A stretch of DNA of 64,000 bases from Camelus dromedarius (taxonomy: Eukaryota), in NCBI RefSeq assembly GCF_036321535.1, contig NC_087436.1:54562001-54626000 (forward strand). Reading direction: 5' to 3'. This document shows positions 52,212-64,000 of the stretch, piece by piece (positions within the stretch are counted from its first letter, which is position 1; every line of letters starts with the position of its first letter). The notes under the pieces are model-generated. The model had not been told where the DNA came from. It was given only the letters and a program-made list of their open reading frames with translations, and searched no databases. The position numbers and the translations under genes are program-made.

Positions 52212-52496
52212 CTCTGCTGTCCATGATGGTAGCAACTAAGCACACGTGACTACTGAGCACCTAAATGTGGTTAATTCAAGTTGAGATGTGCTGTAAGTCT
52301 AAAATGCACACCAGATTTTGAAGACTTTGACAACAAGGGTGTAAAATATCTGATTAATAGTTATACTTATTACATGTTGAAATGATACTATTTCAGATAT
52401 GTTATATTAAATATACTATTATGCTTATTTTCATGTTTATTTTTACTTGTTTAATATGGTCATACACTCATACTATATTTCTATTGAACAGTACTA
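52212..52496. mobile_element. MER33/MER3-like hAT-Charlie element
   Basis: TIR remnants ctgctgtcca...ttgaacagtact. 8-bp TSD gtctagac (52204-52211) / gtctagaa (52497-52504). Confidence 0.8.
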
Positions 52497-52559
52497 GTCT
52501 AGAAAGAATCCATGTTTAGGAATAGTGAATTAATGTTGGAAAACACTTTCTACAATAAT

Positions 52560-54560
52560 GTCTTATTTTCAATTCCATTTCACACATTATACTTTTGCTT
52601 TCATTATATATTTTGTTATGACAGAGAGCAATAGCCCATTAACTTTACTCATAATCATTATTAGTTAATATGCAGTACTTCCTATAAAATGCAAAGATTT
52701 AAAACCTATCTTATTTCACTTAAAACTACTGCTTTGCCATTTATGCTATAATTGTCATAATTTTCAATTCTGTAACACTTTTTTAACCCCAGAGGGGTTA
52801 TTATTATCATTGTTTGAGTTACACTGATTAGATTTACCCACATGTTTATGCTCCACTGCTCATCATTCCATCCTCATTTCTGTGCTTATCTTTGGGATTA
52901 TTCTTCTATCTAATAAACTCCTTTTAATATATAGGTTCATGCAGGTTTGCTATGATGAGTTCTCTCAGGTTTTGTTTGGAAATATTTTTATTTCATCTTC
53001 ATTTTTGAAGAGTGTTTTTCCTGGATAAAGAATTCCTAGTTCACACATATTTTCTTTCAGCATTTTAAACATATCATTGCATTATCTTCTGCCTTCCATG
53101 GTTCTTTAAGAAACAGTTTTTCTTGTAATGTAATGTGTCTTTTATTTATCTGGCTGCTTTTTCAAATTTTCCTTATGCATTTTTTAAAAACTAATTTTAC
53201 TCTAACGTGCCTAAGGTTTTCTTGCTTCCCGCCCCAGTCCTCCTCCATGTTTCCTAAACTTCTGGATTGTGTGGACGGGTATCTTTATCAGTTGTGGGAA
53301 GTTCTCACCCATTATCTCTTAAATACTGCTTTTATAACATTTTATAACATTCTCTCTCTTCTTATTTTGAATATGCAATTGCAGCTGTTAAATCTTTTCA
53401 TCGATATCATGTATCTTGTATGTTCTTTTCTGTATCATAGACCCTCTTTTCTCTCTGTACTCCAGTCTGTATATATATATTTTTAACAACCTCTCTTCTA
53501 GTTCACTGATTGTTTCTTCAATAGTCTAATCTGTAATTAAATACATCTACTGCATTCTTAATGTCAATTATTATATTATGTCTATAATTTCCACTTGGTT
53601 ATTATTTATAGATTTCAATAACATGGTGAAATTTTCCATCTTGTCAATTTTGTTAAGCATTTTACTGTTCATAAAGGCCATAGTATGAAACTCCAGATCT
53701 GGTTCATCTTTGGATCTGCTCATATTTTTTATTTATCTTCTTAGTTTGTCTTTTCTATTTCCTGGCATGCCTAATAAGTTTGATCAAATGTTGGTCATAA
53801 CTTGTGAAAAATTTTAGAGATAATCACATTATCTTCCTCCAGACAGAATATCCTTCTGCTTTTTCAGGCACCTTAAATATGGGGCAAACCAATTTTTTCC
53901 AGCATGGAATTTTGCTTGTTAAGGACTGAGCTTCCCATTTTTGTGAGAGTTGATCTAATTCTCATCACCCATGTTCGTAGGGTGTAACCTTTCTGTGATC
54001 CCAACAGGAAGTCAGTGATAACGACTAGAGTTTCTCCTCCAGTTTTCTTCCCTCCATCACGTGAAATTGCCAAACACTCTGTTAGGCTGCTCAGATCTTT
54101 ACCTGCCACTTTTGACTCTACTTCCTATATTCTTGGCTGTACATCAAATAAAATTTAGCAAATGTCTTGAGGAGGGGAAAATGACACAATGCCAGACTTT
54201 CATCCACGTTCTTCCCTTTTCTTTGGAACCTTTGTCCCCTCAAGTCCTGCTGTCTTGGACTTGAACTATAAGGTTTATTTCTATAGACCCTAAAAAGGCC
54301 AATCTCTCATCTTAGAGTCCTACCTCCTTTGTGGCTGCCTTTTGGTCTTGTGCTGCTAAGGAACTAAAAGAGTCCTTCAGGGCAATGTAATGCTCACCTC
54401 AGTGTTGTTCCCTCCTCACCCTTCTCACTAGGTTCCTGCCCCTACAAGACATGGTTGTCTGTGTAGCTCTCCACTCTCCTGACAAGATAGAAACAAAAAT
54501 AAATTCCCTAATTTTTCTTAGAGACTTTGTCTGCAACAACTTACTCTGCCATATCTGAAA
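52560..54560 (-). mobile_element. Old L1M ORF1/5' region
   Basis: tttttatttcatcttcatttttgaagagtgtttttcctggataaagaattcctagt...ttttctttcagcattttaaa. Confidence 0.7.
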
Positions 54561-56899
54561 TCCTTCCTTTACTATAGTTTGCTAAGCTGTTTCCCTTTTA
54601 CCACTCAAGCAATTCTTGAAAGCCTATTATGTCTTTGATGAACATTTATAACTAAAAAGAATATTTCCTAGGCATAATATATCCTGACATGTAACTACTT
54701 ATCATCCTACTGGAATTATACATTATTTTTAAGGAAATATATTTATTTGTTAACTTACTTGCATATTAATTTCTCTGAGAATTATTATTGTCACATTATA
54801 AACTGAAAGAACATGTTAAGGTTATATGTTCATTTTTACATGATGTCACACAAAAATAGGACCCTCAAATATGTTTTTGTGTCCCAGATGTGCCCACCCA
54901 CATCCCAAGCCCTCTGTGCAGTAAACCTTCAGAAGATACATCAGACTAGCTCACTGTGCAACATTACCATGACAGATGAACAGAAAGACAGCTTCCATCT
55001 TTTCTGTTTATATATTCTCCTACCATTACCACTAGAGAACCTCAAAAAATGACATCAGCTTTGCATTCAGAATTATTCTGCATTTCAGTAAATATAGTGT
55101 CATTTAGAGGCTCCCTCCTTTAATTAACTTCCAAGAAAAACAATTTTATATTTTACAGTTAGAGAGGAGTTTAATGCTTGGCTGAGCTACTACACGAACT
55201 CTAAAGGAAAATAAATTAGTTAAACATGTTCAAATGGCTGCTATCAGCACCACCCATGTTTGGGTGAAGGGGAACAAGCTATATAACAGAAGAGTGTTGG
55301 ATGATTAAAAATTGGGAAGGAATCATCACTTGAATGTCAAATAGCAAGGGTGATATCACCAAATTCTCTGGACTTCACAGGTTTACTTTGGGTCAAATAA
55401 GTCACATTTTGTTAAGTGTTCCTGGCCATAATGGAAATGAATATAATATGTTTCTGACATGTATAGTCTTACATACATGAAACTTAGTGAGAAAAATGGA
55501 TGTTTCTCTTAAGATAAAATCTACTACAGCTTTTTATTGTTACAAGTGGCATTTTAAATCCAATTATATTATAAAGGATCACCACTCACCAAATATTCAT
55601 CAATGAATAAATCAGTATATTAAATTGTATTTTGAAAGTTTTAGCAGCTTATTTTGTTGCAACTTCTTTTCTGGTCTATCAGTTGATACTTCAACTTATT
55701 AAATTCACTATGATTATGATGTAACATCCAAACAATTGCAGGTATAATATGTATTTTAATACATACTTTTAACTAGTCTGGGTCTCCAGCATGGTCATTA
55801 GGACAATCCAAAAGCTAGGATTTTGACATAATCTGAAGTACCTGATAATCAATAATAGTCAATTTGGTTAGAAAAAAGGGTATTTTGCAGTTTTTTTTTT
55901 TTTTTTCACTTTGAGGTAATGTAACTAGCTTAGGTTGAAAAGTACAACAGAGACACCACTTACTGAAACAGCTTTTCTTTCCCCACAGATAGATTCCACA
56001 GGTATTATCTATTAATGTAAAGGTAAGCTGACAGGTTTCTCACAAAGTAATTCCACTTTGATGATGTCCTCCATCAACTGCTCAAAGGATCATAAATTGC
56101 TCTTCTAACCTCAAGAGAGAAGAATTTGTTCTTGCAAAACATTTAAGTCTCTATTTTTTCCTCAAAAAATTTCCCACCACAAAAACAGTATGTGTATTTG
56201 TTGCATTCTTTCTAAATATATATTACTAATGCTTTCATATAAAATATAATGCCAAATAAAGACATCTGATGAAAAGCCTTTCTTTTTTACTTTAGAATCT
56301 CATTCCCTGACCAGACGATGCAATTACTTTCCAAACACTAGGCATGTTGGAACAAAGTCAATGATGTTATTGTGCATGTGTTATCCACTTGATTTATTTT
56401 CTTACTCTTTATTTCTCTGAAATTGTAAAAGTGGAAAATAAAAATCATAAAAGGAATATTCAGTATGTCTTACTTTGTATAAATTTTATGTACAAATAGG
56501 AGAGCAAGAGAAAAAGATTAAAGTGTAGTAACAAATCCCCCAGTAGCCTATATATTTGAGGAAGATAAATATTAAATACCAAGCCTCTGGGGGTTAATGC
56601 TCTACTTCTGACGTGGCCCTGAACAACAAATCAGAGATACAGATTTGGAACAAAAGTTCTTCATTTTAAGGGGTAGTATAATTTCTTCTCCTTGAAATTT
56701 TTGATAAAAGTTATGGAAACTTCATTGATTAAAAATGGACTTACATAAATAACCTAAAATTTAGCATAAATTCAGAGGATTCAAGCCCTGAAATCTTTCA
56801 ATATATTCTAGTTTAAGAAAACTGTATCTAAAATTAATCATTTAAGATTGGAACAATAAAACTCAGAATAAATGGTCAGTGAATCCTGGATGAATTAAA

Positions 56900-57205
56900 C
56901 AGAACTGAGCTGGAAAAACAGCACAGAACTTATGGTTGATGGAAACCTTCAGCTCACGTCCTGGCTAGGTAAACCCTGAGCATATTGCTCAATCACCTAG
57001 TTCTTTGTTCTATGGCTGTAAAATAAAGCAGGTGATGTGCTTGATCAGTAGTTTTCAAACATAGATACTGCTTAACAATTACCAAATGAGTTGATAACAC
57101 AACAGAACCCCCCAACATCTAACAACTCCCCAGCTGCTATAGTCTGTACTCTTGGGTGGAGCCCTGGAACCTGTATTTCCCTCTAGGTGTTTATGTGATG
57201 AAGTT
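56900..57205. mobile_element. MIR fragment followed by a MER5A-like remnant
   Basis: tctatggctgtaaaataaag; cagtagttttcaaac...gggtggagccctggaacctgtatt. Confidence 0.5.
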
Positions 57206-58367
57206 AAACTCTAGCTACATAATCCCCAACTTACGGAGAAGAACAAATAAATAAAAGAATACAACTGCTTTTATCCATATGGTATTTCTTCAGTAGTTGC
57301 CTTTTTATATGCCATGTGAATCATGTAAAATATAATTCTGGTCACAGGAAGTTCAGATGATCAAGAGCATTTGAAGTGTATTACATATGTTGCAACACCC
57401 TTGCGTGTATTCATTTAAGATAAAACTTTATAATTTTACTGTCTTTTTCTTAATTCTGTTCTTCTGTATTACATAATATGAAAATATGTTCATAAAAGGA
57501 AAATAGAAAAATGAAAATTTAGAATGTAGGAGAAAGTTGCCAGTCACAACTCTTAAGATAACATATTAATTATTCAATTGAACAATTGTAACATCTGTAA
57601 AAATCGTTTAAATATTTTCTAGATCAGAACTCATTAGAAAAACAGAACTAGTTAGAAAAGCCTTCCCCCTACCACCAACTAATCCTTTCCAATAATTTCA
57701 TCCAATAAGTCTCTTATTTGCTTTAGTTTGTTCTCATCTCTTTCAATTGAATTATCAGTATCATTTGACATTAGGTTTTCTTGAGGAAACTCATCTCTTA
57801 TTTAATGATTATAGAGTTCATTGAGGAGGCAGTTTTTTGTTCAGGATTATTTTTTAATCATCTTTTGTCCTTTAGTATTACTGACCAATTGAATATTTGC
57901 TAAATATGTTAATGTTCAGGATATTAAATGTTATTACACAAGGGATTTCAGAAGTAGGAGTTGCCCAAGGTTATCATGAGCTGTGGTAACAGAAATAAAT
58001 TCCTGCTCTTCCTCACTCTGGGGCAGCTGCCTACAGTTCCCTGTGTGAGAAGCAGCTAAATTGCAAACAGGATCTGTTATTTGAATGATCTACCCTTGTG
58101 ACTTCTAAGTTTGTATCTGACTTTAAATTAGACATTTGTTTTCTTGCTCTCTGGCATTTTAATTAATATAGCTTATTTTCCCAATCAGCAGCTATTTTAA
58201 AACTAGTGTTGTAACTCAGTTTTAGCAGTTCTGGAATTTATTATCTACCTCATTATCACCAAGGTTGCTAAAAATGTATTTTATCTGCCTTATTTTAAGT
58301 TTTCCATTGTTTTAAATCAGACGTCCCCATGATTATCCTCAATAAATACTACATTGCCAAAAGAGAT

Positions 58368-58494
58368 CTGCAGTTAGTTGAATCCATGGATGCAGAACCA
58401 TGAGCTTGTAAGGCTGACTGCAAAGTTATATGTGTATTTTCCACTGCGCACACATTGGTGCCCCTAACTCCTGCATCGTTCAATACACTATGTA
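58368..58494. mobile_element. Tigger-family (Tigger2/MER28-like) terminal fragment
   Basis: gttagttgaatccatggatgcagaaccatg...aaagttatatgtgtattttccactgc...gcccctaactcctgcatcgttcaa. Confidence 0.65.
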
Positions 58495-58783
58495 TTTTAA
58501 AAGCTGAGTCTTACCTATAAAAATCAAGATAAAAAAGGTTCTTTGATTTGTAATCTTGTACTCATAATCAATACTAAATGTAATATTTATGTAGGGTAAG
58601 TATGATCCATATTACTTACACCTAGAATTCGAATAAATGTCAAGCACTAAGAAAATTTTAGAGTCTTGTCTACAAAAATCTCTCTTGTATGTATTGAACT
58701 TATAGTAAGCTACCTCTCCAAAATTTTTTTAACCTAATTCTTAAAAAGATATGGCATCTGTTTTCTTTATGTTTTTTTGAAAG

Positions 58784-58933
58784 TGAGATACTTACTACGG
58801 AAGAAACGATACAAGATTTTGGGAAGGACTTTTGAGCCAACAGTATTCAGTCAGAGATAAAACTTTGAGTGATGGTGATTAACGCAATGAAGAATATAAT
58901 TTCCTGAACAATAAGAAAGCCACACAGAAGAAG
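58784..58933 (+). pseudogene. Exon-like relic (150 nt, phase 0-0) with two in-frame stops; candidate decayed exon of gene B
   Basis: Acceptor ttttctttatgtttttttgaaag| and donor AAG|gtaaca. Frame 0 reads *DTYYGRNDTRFWEGLLSQQYSVRDKTLSDGD*RNEEYNFLNNKKATQKK. Confidence 0.33.
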
Positions 58934-60560
58934 GTAACATCAAATCATGAGATACCAGTTAATTTTTCACAAGGCAGTTCTATAATGAGGTGACATATTT
59001 AAAAGGCAAACTGACATCAAGAAAGAAAATTCAGAGCCCATGTCTTGGTCAGAGCCCCCTCAGGACTCAACCTGTTTATTATACATCTGTGCCTGAAACC
59101 ATATTTTGCTGTATTAAGTAACAAATATTAACTGATAATGACTATGGTGTCAAGAAAGCTTCATTAAACATCTTCTACTTAACATGACAGTGAAGCACAG
59201 AGTATGTTGAAGAAATGTGGCCTTTAAAAATAATTAAAAATTTTAATTGATAGTATTTAAAAGGTTATAGCTCAGGAATCTAGATAATTCAGATATCCAG
59301 AATGATATATGCCCTGTGGATTATGGTATTTTCTTTATGTGAGGTAGATCTTACTGATCAATTGTCTTTAGTTTACCTTGGAGCCTATACATATAATTTT
59401 CTCTACAAAGATCTGAAGTTGGATTTAACATTATTCTTAGCAGATGATATCATAGGGGAGGCATAAATTCTTTGCTGAAGCTTATCTTCTCTTCCCAAGT
59501 TTAAGTATGTCTTAAATCTTGTTGTAAATGATTTGTAAAAAGACTCTATCCCAAAAATACAAATGATATCATTTTGAATTTCATCTTGTAAACTGCTTCA
59601 GAAGTGAAAAGGGATTCTATGTAATCTATAGGATTATACAGATCATGACACTTAAACCCATCTTCTCAAGAGAGTGGTCTCACTTGCCTAAATTTTTGTT
59701 CTTTTTTAAACAGTAGTGAGACAAGGAAATTGAATTGCTATAGCATTAATCAGAATTTTATGTAAGAATGATAATATATTGTCTGCTGTTTGCTAACGGG
59801 TCACAGAGCAAATTTTTAGGCAAAGGAAATATTACTTTCCCAGATCCTGTGCCTAAAGTGGTTCACTCTCAACTGAAGCCATGCAATTAATACCTAAAGA
59901 TAAATTTTCATGAATGTCAAATAAATGTAAAATCCTAATCCTGTAACAAGAAGTTAACTACCAATTGAAACTTTTGTGCAATCAATCACTGTTTTATTCA
60001 GCAATAAAAATGCTTTAAATTTCCTTTATCAGTTGAAAAGGTCTTGTTCTATTATAATCAGTCTCAATATAAATGGAGGTATAAATTCATAGAATTACAA
60101 GATTCAAGGTCTCTTCACAACTTCCAGCTCTCAGAGTATAAACAAAACTCTGCAATGAAGAAATGTGTACAAAACCGAAGGACTCTAACATTTTTCTTAA
60201 ATTGCAGAGTGTAGAGTTAAATGTCTTTGTATCCTTGCTATTTTTATAAATACAATATTATAAATTATTAAAAAGCAAAGTCCTAAACTTGTGTATCTTC
60301 ATATCACCCAAAGTGTGTAGCAAAATGTTTTGCATGTAGTAACAGTCAATATATGTCAGTTTACTGAGATAAATTCTACCCATGTCAGATTGATGATAAA
60401 ATAAGACACGCAGCAAAACAAAGTATAAAGTTTTTCTTTTTCTTTTGCTCAGGCTAAATATTATAGCAATGTTACTGGAATTACTAGGTCATCTTCAATG
60501 TATATATCTTACTAGAATTTGTTGTAACTTAACTTGTGCATATGAAAAAATCTTTCATAT

Positions 60561-61001
60561 ATATATGGCTGAAATGTGTCCTCCAAGAAGATGTTGATAT
60601 CCAGACTTCCAGTATCTGTGAACGTGACTTTACTTGGAAATAGGATGTTTGCATACCATTACATTAAGTCAGATCATTAGGGTGGACTCTACTGCATTAT
60701 GACTCTGTCCTTATAAAAGGGAGAATTTTCTCTGTATGGATGCACACAGAGGTCCATGCGAAGATGAAACAGAAATCAGGGTAATGTAGCAGAAGCTAAG
60801 GGACACGGAAGTTTACCAGAAAACTACCAGAAGCTAGGCGAGAGGCATGGCATTAGCCCTCATAGCCCATAGAAAGACTCAACCCTGCCAACACCTTGAT
60901 CTCAAACTTTCAGCCTCCAGAACTGTGAGATAATAAATTTCTGGTGTTTGGGCCACCCAGTTTGTGGTGCTTTGTTCTGGCAGCCCTAGCAAACTAACAC
61001 A
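60561..61001 (+). mobile_element. MLT1 (MaLR) solo LTR, MLT1B/C-like
   Basis: ctgtgaacgtgactttacttggaaatagg ... cagcctccagaactgtgagataataaatttc ... gcagccctagcaaactaacaca. Confidence 0.88.
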
Positions 61002-61149
61002 GAATGCATAAATCACAAACAACTTAAAATTTAAATTTATATACTTAGGCTACGTAAGAATGAATTCAGTGTTGAATCCTTCTGTTATTAGTTAAAATGT
61101 GCCTTTGGAGGCCAAAAAAGTTATTGTGATGCAAAGCCAAAGGAAATCT

Positions 61150-64000
61150 TTGTGGGCATGTGCACAGAGGAGGCAAGGCTGGAGTCTGGGCTTATTCCTG
61201 GCACTCCCACAGTGGGTCAGGGTGTGTGTCTTCAGCCAATCTGTGCTGGTAGCTTTGTGAATGCAGTGCCTGAAGGACATCCATGCCAATTGCTAGCTTT
61301 CCCACAGCTGAGGTGGGCTGAGGGCAGTGCCAACAACGGTGTACTTTGTGAGCCCACAATGGGTGACAGGTGAGATCACAGAGCACATGTCCTGGTAGAC
61401 AGCTCCTGCAGAGAAATGCTCAGTGGCTTTTTTCTAAGTGAGAGTGCTCCAATCCTGCCTACCTCACACTGCAGCTTAGAAGTGGATCTGGAGGCTTCTA
61501 CTCCAATAAATGGAGAGCAGACCCTGCCCCCCAACAGGGCTGTGATGACCACAGAAAAAGAGGAAGCCATGTCTAATATCCAGTACAGGCTCTAGTTACC
61601 ACAACACCAATCACACTCCCTATCAGAGAGATGACTAATGGCCAGCACACCCTGAGGAAAGATGTGGCAGGCATCCAGACCAAACACAGCCCCTGCAACA
61701 AAAGTAACAGACTCACACAGGCTACGCAGGAATGCTTCTACATAAAAATAGACCTTCAAGAACAAAGTAGATAGCTGTTTCTCCTAAATCCATAGTCAGG
61801 GAAATATAAGTGAAATGGAGAAGCAGAGGAATTCCTCCCAATTAAAAGAGCAAGAGAAATTCCCTGAAAAAATAAACAATGAAACAGACATTTTCAGTCT
61901 ACCAGAACCCGAGTTCAAAAAGGACGTAATAAAAATGCTGAAGGAATTTTAAAAAGTTGTCAATAGAAATGCAGATCACTGTAATAAGAAACTAGAAACA
62001 AAGAGGAGCCACTCAAAATTAGGCAACTCAATTCCTATGAAAACTGAGCTAAAGGCAATAAATAGCAAACTAAATAATGCAGAAGAATGAATAAATGCTC
62101 TGGAAGATAGAATAACAAATCACCCAATCACAAAAGGAGACAGAAGAACAAGTGAAAAAAAGTCAATATATGAAACCTATGGAATATAAAGCATGCCAAT
62201 CTATGCATAATAGGAATCTGGGAAGGAAAAGAGAAAAGAGGATCAAAAATGTATTTGAGGAAATTATAGCTGAAAACTTCCCAAACTTAAAGAAGGAAAC
62301 AGATATCCACTTTCAGGAAGCACAGAGGGTCCCAAACCAGATGAATCCGAACAATCCTACACCAAGACATATTATAATTAAAATGGCAAAAGTTAAAGAG
62401 AAAGAGATGATTCCAAAAGCAGCAAGAGAAAAAACAGAGTTAGTTTCAATGGAACCCCCATAAGGCTATCAGCTGAATTCTCTACAGAAATGTTGCAAAC
62501 CAGAAAGAAGTAGCAAGATATATTCAGAGTCCTGAAAGGGTAAAAAACTAAAACCTAGGGTACTCTATGAGGCAAAATTATCATTTAGAGTAGAAGGAGA
62601 AATAAACAATTTCTCAGACAAGCAAAGACTGAAAGAATACAGCAATACTAAACCTATTCTAAAAGAAATATTGAAAAGTCTTCTCTAAATAGAAAAAAAG
62701 CAAGAATCTATAGGAAAGGAAAAAATCACAACAGAGAAAGCAAATATATAAAAGGATTGTAGATCACTTAAAAAGGCCAGGATGTAATTTCTTTTTAATT
62801 ATGAAAGCTATCATAATTAAAATGAACAGTACAAGGATAAACATGAAGATGTTGGCAGGACATCAAAATCATAAAATGTGGGGGAGGGGACTAAGAAAAT
62901 GTAGATTTCCTTTTTTTTATAAAGTGCTTGAGCTTATATAACTACTAGTCTAAAGCAAGTAGATTCAGTACTAGGTTAATATACTTAAAAACCAGGGTAA
63001 CCACAAATCAGAAACCTACAATAGATTCACAAAAACCAAAAGAAACCATCAAACCACAAAAGGAAAAATGAAAAGAAAAAGAAAGGAACAAGGAAAAAAT
63101 GGAAAATCAACTGGAAAACCAAGTTTAAAATGGCAATAAATACATACCTATCAATAACTATCTTACATGTCAATAAACTAAATGCTCCAAACAAAAGACA
63201 CAATGTGACAGACTGGATAACAAAATAAGAGCCTACAATATGCTGCTTACAAGAGACCCACTTTATGGTGGAGGACACACATAGATTGAAAGTGAGGGGA
63301 TGGAAAAAAAACGTTTCATGCAAATAGTAATGACAAGAAAGTGGGGATAGCAATACTCATATCAGACAAAATAGACTTTAAAATAAAGGTCATAAAGAAA
63401 GATAAAAAGGACTTATAAAATGATAAAAAGATCAACACAAGAAGAGGATATTGTACTCGTTTAGCATATATGCACCTAATATAGGAGCACCTAGATACAT
63501 AAAATACTAATAGACATAAAGGGAAAAATTGATGGGAATACAATAACAGTAGGAGACTTTAACACTCCACTGACATCAATGGACAGATCTTCCAGACAGA
63601 ATGAGTAAGGCAACAGACACTCTTAAGTGACACCATAGAACAGTGAGACTTAATTGATACCTTCAGGACATTACATCCAAAAAAAAAAAGAGTATACTTT
63701 CTTTTCAAATGCACATGGAACATTTTCTAGGGTAGACAACATACTGGGGCATAAGACAAGCCTCAACAATTTTAAGAGGATTGAATTATTTCAAATGTCT
63801 TTTCTGACCACAACGGCACACAATTAATAATCAACCATAGGAAGAGGAACAAGAAAAGAATGATTACGTGGAGATTAACCAACATGCTACAAAAAAACCA
63901 ATGGGTCAATGATGAAATCAGAGGAAATTCAAACAAACAAACAAAAAAGTCTCAAGACAAATAACAAAGAAAATACAATCGTACAAAGTCTTTGGGATTC
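61150..64000 (+). mobile_element. L1 5' portion: 5' UTR, disrupted ORF1 (about 61815-62688), spacer, disrupted ORF2 endonuclease from 63130; runs off the window
   Basis: ORF1 FEEIIAENFPNLKKE...QEAQRVP...TPRHIIIKM. ORF2 start MAINTYLSI, CCLQETH, IYAPN, GDFNTPL. Stops and frameshifts present. Confidence 0.92.

Noticed and set aside
55989..56022. Short exon-like unit ending AAG|gtaagc
   Set aside because: The acceptor derives from an antisense L1 fragment, and all three frames contain stops from the first AG.
58796..58903. Minus-strand 108-nt exon-like unit with good splice sites and one in-frame TGA (EIIFFIALITITQSFISD*ILLAQ...), tempting as a selenocysteine exon
   Set aside because: The F/I/L/S-rich peptide and pyrimidine tract are what the antisense of the purine-rich + strand relic would give. 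No partner minus-strand exons or SECIS seen.

Overview
AT-rich mammalian genomic DNA, very probably camelid (two tRNA-derived SINEs of the vic-1 type). It is mostly transposon debris: young artiodactyl-type L1, old L1M, L2, MIR, solo LTRs and hAT/Tc1-mariner remnants. Almost all ORFs in the supplied track are L1 fragments or chance ORFs. Reading splice signals by eye gives the last three small, phase-compatible coding exons of a + strand gene (11199-11237, 31673-31713, 32206-32243; C-terminus xLCSVFHWVTMAVQFYFILFQKKTNDHTPLHGPNYRKAV*), which I could not name. Exon-like relics of a second + strand gene lie at about 51.3 and 58.8 kb. The most unusual structures are a 2.3-kb block carrying ancient repeats inserted with a TSD and poly(T) into a young L1, a 274-bp local templated duplication, and an inverted pair of internally deleted L1s in one intron. 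There is no prokaryotic-type system (no CRISPR, operon, rRNA or intact tRNA) and no clear new biological system. Repeat family names come from recalled consensus sequences, not a database search, and repeat boundaries are approximate.
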